Shown: positions 38,820-49,330, counted from the stretch's first letter. The stretch is DNA of 64,000 bases from a candidate division WS6 bacterium GW2011_GWF2_39_15 (GCA_000993565.1 LBWK01000001.1:492208-556207), one strand, 5' to 3'. Numbers and translations: made by a program. Notes: generated from the letters alone by a model not told the origin.

Positions 38820-39683
38820 ATGCATAGGACTTTTGAAAATCCCTCTTTTTCTGATCTGAGTGCTATATACAACTCAATAACATCGGAAAAAGGAAACGAA
38901 CAAAATGAGCTTCTTGAGAGGATTCAAACTGCCGGCATAATGCCTGTTATTGATCCGGAAGAAGCTTTTAAAGATATTGGGGAAACAATAGAAAAAGTGC
39001 GTGCTCTTGAAGGTTTAGCTGGTGTCGTACTAGTCGGAGGGTCAACAAGCACTGAAGGAGAAACTGAGACAGTAGTTGCAGCATTAAGAGGAAGTATAGA
39101 GAGTAGAGGTGCTTCCATTAAGTTAATTGGCTTTCCGGGAAGAAAAGATCAGGTTGTACAAGGTCTCCATGGTCTTCTCTTTCTCTACCCTCCTCAGCTC
39201 CAAACCGTCTTTTTAGGAGATCCCCAACGAGCAGGCTTTCTAGTTGAAGAGGCCATTGGTATTAGAGAAAGGCAAAAGAAGCTCGGAATTTCGGTTATAC
39301 CGACAACGTATATTCTCTTTGGAGGCGGCAGACAGTCTTCAGTGGTAGAACAGACAAAAATATCTCCAATCAGGGTCTCTCCAGGGTATGAAATCGATGA
39401 AGTATGGAAAGAAGCAAGTTCCTATATTGAAAAAGGGCTTGTATTTTTAGAAGGAGGTTCGGGATCTGCATTTGCAAACTTAGGTCCAATTGCACAACTT
39501 ACATATAAGAAAACGGGAATACTACCAATTGTTAGCGGAGGAATATCCCTCCCGAACCATGTTTCTGAGATTACCTCTTACGGAAAGTTTCCTCTGGGGC
39601 TGGGTTCTTTAATTGAAAGAACCGATGTTGATAATGTTCAGCATGTTTACCAAGAGATGATAAATAGTTATACTCCTGATTGA
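38820..39683 (+). CDS. Geranylgeranylglyceryl-phosphate synthase family (GGGPS/PcrB, group II-like) protein
   Basis: Ordered motifs PVIDPE, VLVGGST, GFPG, VIPTTYILFGGG, FLEGGSGS, PIVSGGI, LGSLIE. Confidence 0.75.
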   Translation: MHRTFENPSFSDLSAIYNSITSEKGNEQNELLERIQTAGIMPVIDPEEAFKDIGETIEKVRALEGLAGVVLVGGSTSTEGETETVVAALRGSIESRGASIKLIGFPGRKDQVVQGLHGLLFLYPPQLQTVFLGDPQRAGFLVEEAIGIRERQKKLGISVIPTTYILFGGGRQSSVVEQTKISPIRVSPGYEIDEVWKEASSYIEKGLVFLEGGSGSAFANLGPIAQLTYKKTGILPIVSGGISLPNHVSEITSYGKFPLGLGSLIERTDVDNVQHVYQEMINSYTPD

Positions 39684-39744
39684 ATCCTACATCCAAAGTC
39701 AGCTAATTAATAACCTCTGCTGACCGTAAAGTTATTAATAATTT

Positions 39745-40758
39745 TTACGGATGAACACCGGAATCGTCCTCGATAAGGATTTCGTACGGGCAGCCAGGCC
39801 AGATATCTTTGGATTCAGCATATATTGATGACTTACCTTTAAAAGCCTCCCAATCCGCCATCATATTTCTAACTTGTTGTTTATAGGTTTCAATGAGTGA
39901 AGGGTCAAAGAATTTAAACGGGCAGTAGTGACTGTCAATTTCATCGGAATACTCATTTACCATAAGCTCTACCCTTCCAATACCCGCGGCCCATGTTCCC
40001 GCAGTTCCCAGTGTCTGGCCTGCCTTAACACTATCACCCTTTTTTAGTGTTACATTTTTCACATGATCGTAAATAACTGCATAACGTGATCTTGCTGAAG
40101 GGCTTGTCATTATTTCATAGTCTTTTGTATCTGTTTGAAACCTAAGGTCTGTAATTATTCCATCCGCAGCGACAAAAACTTTTGCATTTGGATCAGTGCG
40201 ATACTCAAAAGTAGGGAGAAGCTTCCAGTCACCAGTGGAACTTTTTACTCTGGCACCGAATTCCAAAAAGACTTTGTCCTCAGACGATTTAAAAACAAAA
40301 GCTCCGGCTTTTCCGGTTCTGGAATTGTAGCGAGCAAACTCTACTACCAAATTTTTTATAACTGGCGGTTTTATATCTTCAACCAGGTTTTCTATGATCG
40401 GCAGGTTATCCTCTTTAACTTCCTCGGACTTGGGAGTCCAGACGTTTTCAGAGCAATTGCTTTTAATCCAATCTACTTCTTTTGTGTTAAGTTCCCAGGA
40501 ATTATCGTCGCCTTTGCTTCCATACGTCTTTCCATCTTCTTCATACATTTTATACGGGCAAAAATACTCAAACTTTTTTGTCTCTTGTTCTGTGTTTTTA
40601 TTTGAGCTGGAGTTTTTTGAATTAGAATTAACAATCAACATGTAAACACAGACTCCGACAGTAACTACTAACAAAGCGGAAAGACCAACGGCTATTACCT
40701 TATTTGCTTTCACCAAGTCCGCTATTTTCCTAAGGGTGTTTTTTACTTTTTCCATCAA
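39745..40758 (-). CDS. Membrane-anchored M23-peptidase-like protein lacking canonical Zn ligands
   Basis: KVFVAADGII; YDHVKNVTLKKGDSVKAGQTLG; no HxxxD or HxH motif. Confidence 0.65.
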   Translation of the reverse strand: MMEKVKNTLRKIADLVKANKVIAVGLSALLVVTVGVCVYMLIVNSNSKNSSSNKNTEQETKKFEYFCPYKMYEEDGKTYGSKGDDNSWELNTKEVDWIKSNCSENVWTPKSEEVKEDNLPIIENLVEDIKPPVIKNLVVEFARYNSRTGKAGAFVFKSSEDKVFLEFGARVKSSTGDWKLLPTFEYRTDPNAKVFVAADGIITDLRFQTDTKDYEIMTSPSARSRYAVIYDHVKNVTLKKGDSVKAGQTLGTAGTWAAGIGRVELMVNEYSDEIDSHYCPFKFFDPSLIETYKQQVRNMMADWEAFKGKSSIYAESKDIWPGCPYEILIEDDSGVHP

Positions 40759-40854
40759 TAGTCATTGTAGCATAGTGCCAGAATTAACAACCAAGGTTGG
40801 ATTTTAAAAATATCACATCAGAAATTATAGCCAAAGAGGCTGTTACACCAACAT

Positions 40855-41264
40855 TGGTGGAGACGGTGGGAATTGAACCCACGTCCAAAAGTATTGTATT
40901 GTACCATTATACAAGCTTATCCTGTCTTAATTTACCAAGAATATCTAAAGACAAGAAGAACAATATTCCTGACCGATAAAATGTTCATCAAATTCAGCTT
41001 ATCGGAAACCGAAAATGATATACCCTGATAACGTCCGACTACTAACCCTGATCAGGGGCAAGATTAATAATCGTTAGTCTAAATAAGACTAAACTAACCT
41101 AAATAAGAGAAACTAAGTGAAGAGGTTAATCTTGCACCTAACTCCTGTACCTTACTTAAGAAAGTGTTAACTGTATTTTTTGCAGTTATCTTGTTGTTTT
41201 TGAAGAGCTACAACTCTGCTTGTGATACATATACTCTAACCTCTGTCGAATGCCTTACGTCCCC
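40855..41264 (-). ncRNA. ssrA: tmRNA
   Basis: 5' GGGGACGTAAGGCATTCGAC; resume context ATAACT-GCA; tag ORF at 41094-41183; 3' GGACGTGGGTTCAATTCCCACCGTCTCCACCA. Confidence 0.92.
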
Positions 41265-41294
41265 ATTTACACTTATATTATACCATAAATAGGG

Positions 41295-42089
41295 CTAAAT
41301 TTCTTTGTAGTATGATTTTTTTGCAACATAGTCAAAAAAATCAACGCCTTCTATGATAGCTTCCTGTGTAGTTCCTTTGGGAAAGAATAGATCAAACCGC
41401 CCGGCTGGTGTCACAAAAGGATTACCTCCCATATGGCATGGGTAGCCAATTACTTTGTCCTCCATCACATCATATTCTTCACATCCGGTTTTAGACCCGA
41501 GATATACATAATTAAGCCAATATCCTGCAGGATACTGTGTAGAAGCAGCCTCACTCTTTGTGTATTTCTGGCGACCAAGCGTTTGTGTAGTAGTTATACT
41601 GCCATCCTTCTTCTGTCCGGTTTTCAGAGTAACGACCTCAGTCCCTACTTTATCAAGAAGGGTTGAGTATGCCTCTCCATAGCTGTATGTCAAATACAGT
41701 TTTGCCGTCTTGTACTTCATAACAATATCCTCGCACTTTTTGTTCTCATTCTCAAAACTCACATCTTTAGAATCTTCGTAAACAATATACATTGTAGGAG
41801 TTTTCCCTGCGGTATCGGCATAAACCCATTCAGGGCACGCGAATTCTTTTGTTATAATCTCTGGTTCCTCAGGAGGGGTTACTTCCTCCCCGTCTCCATC
41901 CTGTTCAGTTTCAGACGGAGTATCTTGAGCCTGCTCTGTATCACTGTCATCTATTTTATTCTGGTTCTGCAACTGTTCATATTTCGCCTTCTCACGGAAA
42001 TACAGGTATCCAAACGTTGCGGTTGAAACAATAGCAAGAAGGAAAAGGCCGGTAAGGAGAATTATTAAAACTTTTACTTTAGGTTCCAT
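41295..42089 (-). CDS. Hypothetical membrane-anchored exported protein
   Basis: N-terminal TM, acidic linker, Cys-containing domain. Confidence 0.7.
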   Translation of the reverse strand: MEPKVKVLIILLTGLFLLAIVSTATFGYLYFREKAKYEQLQNQNKIDDSDTEQAQDTPSETEQDGDGEEVTPPEEPEIITKEFACPEWVYADTAGKTPTMYIVYEDSKDVSFENENKKCEDIVMKYKTAKLYLTYSYGEAYSTLLDKVGTEVVTLKTGQKKDGSITTTQTLGRQKYTKSEAASTQYPAGYWLNYVYLGSKTGCEEYDVMEDKVIGYPCHMGGNPFVTPAGRFDLFFPKGTTQEAIIEGVDFFDYVAKKSYYKEI

Positions 42090-42152
42090 GAGAGTAGATA
42101 TTATTTTATCTATAGAAATAGTATATAGAGGTTTCGGGAGAATAACAAATTG

Positions 42153-43445
42153 CTACTCTTCCCAATCTATCTTTGCTCCGAGTTTCTGCAGGTTTTCTAT
42201 AAAGTTCGGGTGTGCTCTTTTAATACTGTCTGCAAAGTTAACCTTACTCTCGCCTTCAATTGAGAGAGCTACCATAGTTAATGCAATAGCTGCTCTAATT
42301 ATATTGGGTGCGTTTGTCACCGCCGGCGAAAGAGGCCTTCCCCCAAATACGATAACTCTGTGCGGATCAGCAAGTATAATCTCTGATCCAAACTTCATAA
42401 GTTCCTGTATCCAGAAAAAGCCTCCTTCATACACTTTATTCCAAAACATGATTTCCCCTTTCGATTTAACCGAAAGAGCTATCATCAGAGGAAGCAGATC
42501 AACAGGAAAATACGGCCAGGGAGCTGCTTCAATTTTAGGGAGCATATTTTCAGTAAAGGGTCTTTGAATCTTAAGTTTCTGATTCTTTCTTACTATGGCA
42601 GTCTCTCCCTCGTACTCAATCTCCACTCCTAGTTTGGCAAACGAGTTCTTTATTAGTGGAAAGTGCTGCGGAATAGCATCATGGACACGAATTTCTCCAC
42701 CGGTCATCGCTCCAAGGGCAAGCATTGTCGTTATCTCATGATGATCTGAGGTTATCGTGAATTCTCCTCCTCCCAGACTCTCAACTCCATCAATTTCCAA
42801 AACACTGGTTCCTATCCCTGTTATTTTTGCCCCTAAGCCGTTTAAGAAATTACATAGGTCCTGAACATGTGGCTCACTTGCTGCGTTCACTAATTTTGAT
42901 CTTCCAGAAGCTAGTACGGCAGCATTTATAAAGTTCTCAGTAGCTGTGACACTCATGTAATCCGGCCAAAGCCCGTTGCCTACGAATCTTTCCTGGATAC
43001 TAAACTTCATAACACTTCCATAACTCACCTTCGTTCCTAATGCTTTTAATGCATCTATATGCGGATCAATCTCACGGATGCCTAATGAGCATCCTCCGAT
43101 CTCATTCTTCATCTGAAGTTTTTTCATTCTATACAAAAGAGGAGAAAAGAGAAGAAGCGAACCTCTCATCCCTATAGGGAAATCCCCGTCGAACAGATCT
43201 TTCCTAATGTCTTTATTATTTATTTCCAACCGGCATTTCATTTTATCCCACTCTATTTTTGATCCAATAGACTTGAGCTGTTCAACCAGCTTATTTACAT
43301 CGGTTAAATCCGGCACATTGTTCAGAACAACAGTCTCATTTGTAAGAATGGTTGAGCAGAGAATCGGCAGTACAGAGTTCTTATTCCCGGATGGAGTAAT
43401 GTCACCGTTCAAAGGGTTTCCCCCATGTATAATAATGTTGGACAT
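42153..43445 (-). CDS. murA: UDP-N-acetylglucosamine 1-carboxyvinyltransferase
   Basis: SGNKNSVLP; GGCSLGIR; SVTATEN; NAASEPHV; APWPYFPVD. Confidence 0.93.
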   Translation of the reverse strand: MSNIIIHGGNPLNGDITPSGNKNSVLPILCSTILTNETVVLNNVPDLTDVNKLVEQLKSIGSKIEWDKMKCRLEINNKDIRKDLFDGDFPIGMRGSLLLFSPLLYRMKKLQMKNEIGGCSLGIREIDPHIDALKALGTKVSYGSVMKFSIQERFVGNGLWPDYMSVTATENFINAAVLASGRSKLVNAASEPHVQDLCNFLNGLGAKITGIGTSVLEIDGVESLGGGEFTITSDHHEITTMLALGAMTGGEIRVHDAIPQHFPLIKNSFAKLGVEIEYEGETAIVRKNQKLKIQRPFTENMLPKIEAAPWPYFPVDLLPLMIALSVKSKGEIMFWNKVYEGGFFWIQELMKFGSEIILADPHRVIVFGGRPLSPAVTNAPNIIRAAIALTMVALSIEGESKVNFADSIKRAHPNFIENLQKLGAKIDWEE

Positions 43446-43461
43446 ATAATTTAGTATAAAC

Positions 43462-44289
43462 TTATTTAAATCCCCTTATATACTCAAATAGCATCTGTCC
43501 TGCCCACCCCCCTACTCCATTAAAATACCTTGAAACCCAGTCCTGCATCTCATTGTACCGCATACTCTCATCAAGGTTATAATATCTGGAAAGGATTCTT
43601 TTTCCCCACACATCCAGGGGCATTATATGATCATGTTTAAGAGAATATAGAAGGATACAATCGGCAACCTTATCCCCTATTCCTTTATTCGCAATTAAGA
43701 GTTCTTTCGCCTGCTCATAATCCATATTTTCTATATTTTCAAAATCTCTTTTTACAAACCTATTGGCAGCTTCCAAAATATATCCGGCTCTAAACCCTAC
43801 CCCGCTGCTTAATAGTTTTTCTTTTGAAGTTACGGATATACTTTCAAGTTTAGGGAAAAGCTTAACGGTTTTTCCATTTACAGAAATTTCTTCACCATAC
43901 ATCTCCCGAAGGTTTCTAATGCTTTTCCTAATTGCCTTTACACTTTTATTTGATGAGCATAGAAACCCGAGAAGTGTATCCTGAAAATCCTGCGAGAGAA
44001 GCCTTAAACCCGGAAACCTGTCCTTGGCTTTGCCTATATATTCATCCTCCGGAAACTTCTTTAAAATACCCCTATAATTAACATCAAGACGAAGATATTT
44101 AGTGAGATATGCTATATCGTCCTTAACCGGGTATGTCTGCCATAGGATATGGTCTTGCTCCCTTTTGATTTCTATATATCTTTGAGAGGTAAAACCTTTA
44201 AACAAACCCTCTTCATAATCCCAGGAGAAAGATTGACCCCCAAGAAAGGTTGTATAGAAATCGAAATCAAGGACGAACAGTTTGTTCAT
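43462..44289 (-). CDS. 8-oxoguanine DNA glycosylase (OGG1/HhH-GPD family)
   Basis: GQSFSW; GLRLLSQD; CSSN; GFRAGYI; KGIGDKVADCILL; PLDVW. Confidence 0.88.
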   Translation of the reverse strand: MNKLFVLDFDFYTTFLGGQSFSWDYEEGLFKGFTSQRYIEIKREQDHILWQTYPVKDDIAYLTKYLRLDVNYRGILKKFPEDEYIGKAKDRFPGLRLLSQDFQDTLLGFLCSSNKSVKAIRKSIRNLREMYGEEISVNGKTVKLFPKLESISVTSKEKLLSSGVGFRAGYILEAANRFVKRDFENIENMDYEQAKELLIANKGIGDKVADCILLYSLKHDHIMPLDVWGKRILSRYYNLDESMRYNEMQDWVSRYFNGVGGWAGQMLFEYIRGFK

Positions 44290-44380
44290 ATTTAATTATA
44301 CTATTAAGATAGTAGTGTCATCTATTTCTTCCTCACATTAGGAATTTCTTATTAAATCTGTCTACGATATAATATAGGTT

Positions 44381-45313
44381 ATGCCGATTAGATATGGACA
44401 AGGGAATAAAAGTGGTTGCTCCAAGTTTATTAGCTCAGCTTTCACTGCTGCAATACTTGTAGGCCTACAAATCGCTTCACAAAAGGCCTCCGAACACCGA
44501 TATGAAGTACCTCTCACTTCTACCCTAGTTCCAGACTATTCGTTTCTGTACACGCCAACTCCTGAAATTGCTACCTATCCGCAAGTTGAAATTGTAGAAG
44601 CAAATGGAGACTGGCTTTCTCATACTGACACTGTAAAAACATCCGGCCTAACTTTGCAACAACAGGCTGTTGCTCCAGATGTGATACATAATATTATTGA
44701 ACCTGCACTTTCAGAGTTCTCACCCACCTTTTACCGGAATCTAAACGTCTTAAACCCTCAAATACTTCTCTCCTCAACCATTATGGTATACGACGAGAAG
44801 GCACAGGAATGGGTACAGGCCGGAGGGGTTAGTACCAATATTGATGGGAAGCCTGCGATAATTTTGGATATCAATTATCTCAATAAAAGCGTTATTGTAC
44901 ATGAATTATCACACATGGCCTTTAATAATTTAACTTATGTGCCAGAAGGGACCGCCGAGTCATTGCTACATCCAACATTTGATCAAATCACTTCTGAAGC
45001 AGGATTAATCTATCACAACGAGTGGTCAATTACAGATAGTTTTGGGTGTACAACAGTAGATCCTGTCGGTTTTGAAAGCTGTTACGGCTCAAGTGACTGG
45101 TATGAAGACGAGGCAACTATTGCAACCTCCCTCTTTGCTGGAGATAAGTACTTTTATGAAAGAATGGCAGATGATGACGTATTAAGAGAGAAAGCAAACA
45201 CTATCATCGAATTCTATACGTATGTAAGCGGCGGAGAGATGAATAGAGATTTCTTTGAAAGAATTCGAAGAAGCAAAACCTCCCCTTTACGTCCCATTCT
45301 TCTCCCCTACTAA
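44381..45313 (+). CDS. Putative zincin-like metallopeptidase
   Basis: VIVHELSH (HExxH); CYGSSDWYEDEA; hydrophobic segment near the N-terminus. Confidence 0.6.
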   Translation: MPIRYGQGNKSGCSKFISSAFTAAILVGLQIASQKASEHRYEVPLTSTLVPDYSFLYTPTPEIATYPQVEIVEANGDWLSHTDTVKTSGLTLQQQAVAPDVIHNIIEPALSEFSPTFYRNLNVLNPQILLSSTIMVYDEKAQEWVQAGGVSTNIDGKPAIILDINYLNKSVIVHELSHMAFNNLTYVPEGTAESLLHPTFDQITSEAGLIYHNEWSITDSFGCTTVDPVGFESCYGSSDWYEDEATIATSLFAGDKYFYERMADDDVLREKANTIIEFYTYVSGGEMNRDFFERIRRSKTSPLRPILLPY

Positions 45314-45315
45314 AG

Positions 45316-45876
45316 TTAATCCTGTCTCCCTTCTACAAGAGCAAGTATTATTGATGAGACAAGAACTAATCTCTTATCCACGCTATCGCTTAGAATATCT
45401 ACATCAAGTTTATATACAAATGGATTAAATCTCTGCTTAAGATCGGCAACCTTGTTACTCCCCAACATATAATCATAGTTCTGAGGAATCAGGTTCAGAA
45501 GGAATCTTCTAATAACCGCTAGTCCCATTGAATCTTCAAGCATAACACCAACCTCTTTATCACTCTCGTCCAATACGATCCATTCATCTCTGAGTATGGA
45601 TTTCAGCCCTTTTCTTTTTACAGCCCCTAACAATTTCCCTGTCTGTGAGTCCCTAATATCATATGTTGCCGACAGATCAAGAATATTCCTAGCCTTAAGG
45701 CTGAGAACTTCATTCTTCATCTCTTTATCACTGAAGAATTTTAATTCCTCTCTTAACTTAAAAGCCTTCTGTTTAGCATAAAGAACAAGAGCTCCTTTTT
45801 CATCATATACTTCAAAGGTTGCTCCGAGAAATGAAACTATCTTCCTTCGTACAAGATATTTATTTGATTCAAACAT
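45316..45876 (-). CDS. LURP-one/scramblase (tubby C-terminal-like) family protein
   Basis: YAKQKAFKLRE; KARNILDLSATYDI; GAVKRKGLKSILRDEW. Confidence 0.75.
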   Translation of the reverse strand: MFESNKYLVRRKIVSFLGATFEVYDEKGALVLYAKQKAFKLREELKFFSDKEMKNEVLSLKARNILDLSATYDIRDSQTGKLLGAVKRKGLKSILRDEWIVLDESDKEVGVMLEDSMGLAVIRRFLLNLIPQNYDYMLGSNKVADLKQRFNPFVYKLDVDILSDSVDKRLVLVSSIILALVEGRQD

Positions 45877-45934
45877 TAGAACAAGTGGTTAAGTTATATA
45901 AACATAGTATCACTTAGAACCTAGTGTTACCAGA

Positions 45935-48406
45935 TTAAAACGGTCTTTCATCCGGAAATTTCCCAAACCAGGTATTAGTATCTTCAGGAGCCGCTTCTAC
46001 ATCCGAAGAAGGGACCACTTCAGAAATCACACTATCCTGATTTTCAAGAAGCGATTCTGCTTCTTCGGGAGGCTGGTCAGCATTCCTGAGAGAACGACCT
46101 TCAGCAAGAATCTTCTCATCTCTTTCCTTTGTGAACTTACGAAGTTGAGCTAAATGATAGCGTTTATTGCCTTTCTCGCTTAATAATCTGGCAATTAACT
46201 GAACCGCTTTGTAATACTCATAGCTATTATTATCGAAATAGCTCTCAATTATATATTTGATTTGATGATGGTTAATATCAATAAACTCAGGATGGTTGTA
46301 TCCTAACCTGTGGTACATAATAAACTGGGCGGTAAAAGGCATCTTTTTAATCTCCTTAAAGAGCTCTCTAAGTGAAAACGTTTTCAACACATGCTGCAAT
46401 TTCTGAGTTATTAAATCAAGTTTTTCACTCTCAGCTAATGGAGCAGGTTCCATCATTATCCTATCTCTTATTTCAGAAGCTTTCTCCACAGTTATATCAA
46501 TCCCACTCCTTTCAGCCGCCCTGTAAATTCTCGATAACACTACTTCAGAAGCTTCGTCTGAGGAGTCTGAGATCAAATGCGACATACCGTTCACCTCTTC
46601 TAAATCTTCTCCTGCAAGGGTAATTCGCATTTGCAAATCTGTGATCTCCCTGTCCAAAGGATTAATAGTTACTTCATCTGATAAGAGGCCATGTCTTTCA
46701 ATTGATGTGCTCCTCATTCTCCACGGACTTGGCTGAGCCCACTTAAGAGCTCTCCAGAGTTTAAGGGTTAGAATTGACGGCCTTTTCAAAAGCTTTTCTA
46801 AAATTCTCTTTCGCTCCTTTATGCGATGTATATCTTCCAGGCTTAAGTATGAGACAAGAGGCTCGCTTCTTTCTTTAAAGCCGAATCCTGGAAAGGCTAG
46901 TTGTACAATTCTTCCCCTTACTGGGAGATGCTCTTCGTAATTTTTTCTACCGGCAGCATTTCCCATGCCTTTCCCAAGCTCTTTCCTATACTCCTTTAAA
47001 GCCGACTCCTCCTTATGTCTACTATTGATTACATATCCGAAAGGATCCCTAAACCATATTATTTCCTGAAGAGTTTCAAAAGGTTCCGATGAGACGCTAT
47101 TCCAAGGGTATTCTTTAACTGCAGCAAGGTATCCTCTTTCAATATTAAAAATCGCAAGAAGCGATGAGACGATCTTAATATTCTTTTTTCTTCTCGTTAT
47201 ATACCCTTCTCCTAAATGCAGATCGGTATTAAGTTCTTCCAGAAACTTTAATACTCTCCCATCCTCCTTTTCTCCCAGAGACATTACGAGATATGATAAA
47301 AGATCACTCTCTTCAGGAATATGTTTTAACCAATGAGGCATTACATGTTCCTGATCAAAAACAGGAAGCCAAGGGGAAAGAAGGCTTCGAAGGTGGGCCA
47401 ACTCTTCCAGAGTTTCTCCCCTTCCATTCTTTATAGAGTACCGCTTAACTGATCTAGAAACTTCTCTAAGATCACTGATGTCAGAATGTCTTATAACCTC
47501 TTTCATAAAATCATCAGCTTTACGCATCCAGCCTCCAAAGACGAGTGCTTCTTTCGAGTAGTTAGACCTCTTTTTCCTCATCTCTTCCTGTGCAAGCGGG
47601 AGCTCTGTTTCATCCTCAATAAATTCATACCCATCATAAGCCTCTGTTTTCTTACCCTCCCCCCTCCTTACATTGTTTACAACTTTACGGCCTGGTGTTT
47701 CAACGATAGAAAGATATGTTTCAGATCCGTATTCAGAAGTTTCCGGCTTAATATTGTATGCATACTTACGATATATCTTTCCATTTTCCTCAACGTGATC
47801 AAAAATAGAAAAATAAATAGAGGCAATAACATCGTGTCCATCCTGAGTTTTATAATGTATCCAAAGATTTGCAGGGCATGCATCACACAGGATAACAGTA
47901 AAGGAATCTGCGTTGGGAATAAATAATTTATCATAAAGAACGGGGCCCAATACCGGACATATATCAGTAGGAGAATTTATAGACTGAGGAAGCTTAAAAG
48001 CAGGAAGATCAGAGAGAGTATCAATATCTATACTGCGATATCGTTCTCTAACCTCTCTTTCCTGAGCAACTTTCCATAGATTTTCTAAAAACTTTTGATA
48101 TTGATGATTCTCCATCCTATCCTTTAACCTGACTAAAGCTCCCTCACCTTCATCTACATTGGAATATCTATAAGTTTCTTTTCTCCCTCCATAAGGAGAA
48201 TATTCCTCATCAGCATCACGAACTTTATCTCCTATATCAACGGATTTATCAGAAAGATTTACAGCAGGAAATCCAAAAGCTTCCCTTGGGAAAGTTACCG
48301 CATATACATTACTCTCCTTTGAGATAGTTTCTATTGCTTCTTCAAGAGATACTAAATCAAAGTCCACCTCGAAAGGATTTTCCCTTTGCCCAAAGCTAGT
48401 ACTCAT
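45935..48406 (-). CDS. Large hypothetical soluble protein
   Basis: 823-aa ORF; no recognised domain. Confidence 0.75.
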   Translation of the reverse strand: MSTSFGQRENPFEVDFDLVSLEEAIETISKESNVYAVTFPREAFGFPAVNLSDKSVDIGDKVRDADEEYSPYGGRKETYRYSNVDEGEGALVRLKDRMENHQYQKFLENLWKVAQEREVRERYRSIDIDTLSDLPAFKLPQSINSPTDICPVLGPVLYDKLFIPNADSFTVILCDACPANLWIHYKTQDGHDVIASIYFSIFDHVEENGKIYRKYAYNIKPETSEYGSETYLSIVETPGRKVVNNVRRGEGKKTEAYDGYEFIEDETELPLAQEEMRKKRSNYSKEALVFGGWMRKADDFMKEVIRHSDISDLREVSRSVKRYSIKNGRGETLEELAHLRSLLSPWLPVFDQEHVMPHWLKHIPEESDLLSYLVMSLGEKEDGRVLKFLEELNTDLHLGEGYITRRKKNIKIVSSLLAIFNIERGYLAAVKEYPWNSVSSEPFETLQEIIWFRDPFGYVINSRHKEESALKEYRKELGKGMGNAAGRKNYEEHLPVRGRIVQLAFPGFGFKERSEPLVSYLSLEDIHRIKERKRILEKLLKRPSILTLKLWRALKWAQPSPWRMRSTSIERHGLLSDEVTINPLDREITDLQMRITLAGEDLEEVNGMSHLISDSSDEASEVVLSRIYRAAERSGIDITVEKASEIRDRIMMEPAPLAESEKLDLITQKLQHVLKTFSLRELFKEIKKMPFTAQFIMYHRLGYNHPEFIDINHHQIKYIIESYFDNNSYEYYKAVQLIARLLSEKGNKRYHLAQLRKFTKERDEKILAEGRSLRNADQPPEEAESLLENQDSVISEVVPSSDVEAAPEDTNTWFGKFPDERPF

Positions 48407-48463
48407 ATAGCTAATTATACAGGATGCGGGAGAGCAAGCGAATTGGGAGTATAAGGCCTTTTG

Positions 48464-49321
48464 CTACTTTACATACGCTCTTACAATCCAATCCCATATA
48501 AAATCAGGTATAACCCTTTTACCTAATGAAAGTGCATAGGCATCCCATCCTACAAGATTTCTTAAAGGAGGATTTTTCGTATTTGCTACCCTATACACTT
48601 TGTTTACAACCCACTTAGGATCTCTTAACCATCCCATTATCCCCTTTTTGGTATCTATCTTTAGAGCTTTCCTTTTTGCTGTGAGTTTCTTAAACCATTT
48701 TCCATATACAGTCTCTTTAATCTTCTCTTCATCTAAACCTTCCACATTCTTCCCGAAGTGAGTATTGAAACCCCCAGGCTCGACCATCGCGACTTTAATA
48801 CCAAACTGCCTCACTTCCGATCTAAGTGCCTGGCTATACCTATCAACAGCAGCTTTAGACGCTGCATACACACCATAAAAGGGAATTGATCCATTAACAG
48901 AGGCTGATGAGATATTAATAATCATTCCCCCTCCCTGCTCTCTCATCAGAGGGAGAAACGATTTAACCATTCGAACCACTCCGAGAAAGTTTGTATTCAT
49001 TTGTCTCTCTATATCCTCAACTGAAAAGGTTTCAATTGGTCCAAGTATCCCGTAACCCGCATTATTAACCAGAACATCTATTCTTTCTCTTCTTTTTTTG
49101 AATATATGAGTAACATTATCTATTGTTTCCTGGTTCGTAACATCGATTTCCAACTGTTCTATATCCAGTTTCTCTTTAAGGGCAATCTCCTTCATCTGAA
49201 TCATGGATTTTGATGTCACATCCCTAGCTGTTGCGAAAACCTTATATCCGGCTTTAGCAAATTTAAAAGCCGTTAAATACCCGAACCCGGAACTTGTACC
49301 AGTAATTAATACCGTCTTCAT
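48464..49321 (-). CDS. Short-chain dehydrogenase/reductase
   Basis: ITGTSSGFG; LVNNAG; YAASK. Confidence 0.92.
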   Translation of the reverse strand: MKTVLITGTSSGFGYLTAFKFAKAGYKVFATARDVTSKSMIQMKEIALKEKLDIEQLEIDVTNQETIDNVTHIFKKRRERIDVLVNNAGYGILGPIETFSVEDIERQMNTNFLGVVRMVKSFLPLMREQGGGMIINISSASVNGSIPFYGVYAASKAAVDRYSQALRSEVRQFGIKVAMVEPGGFNTHFGKNVEGLDEEKIKETVYGKWFKKLTAKRKALKIDTKKGIMGWLRDPKWVVNKVYRVANTKNPPLRNLVGWDAYALSLGKRVIPDFIWDWIVRAYVK

Positions 49322-49330
49322 CCCGCTAAC

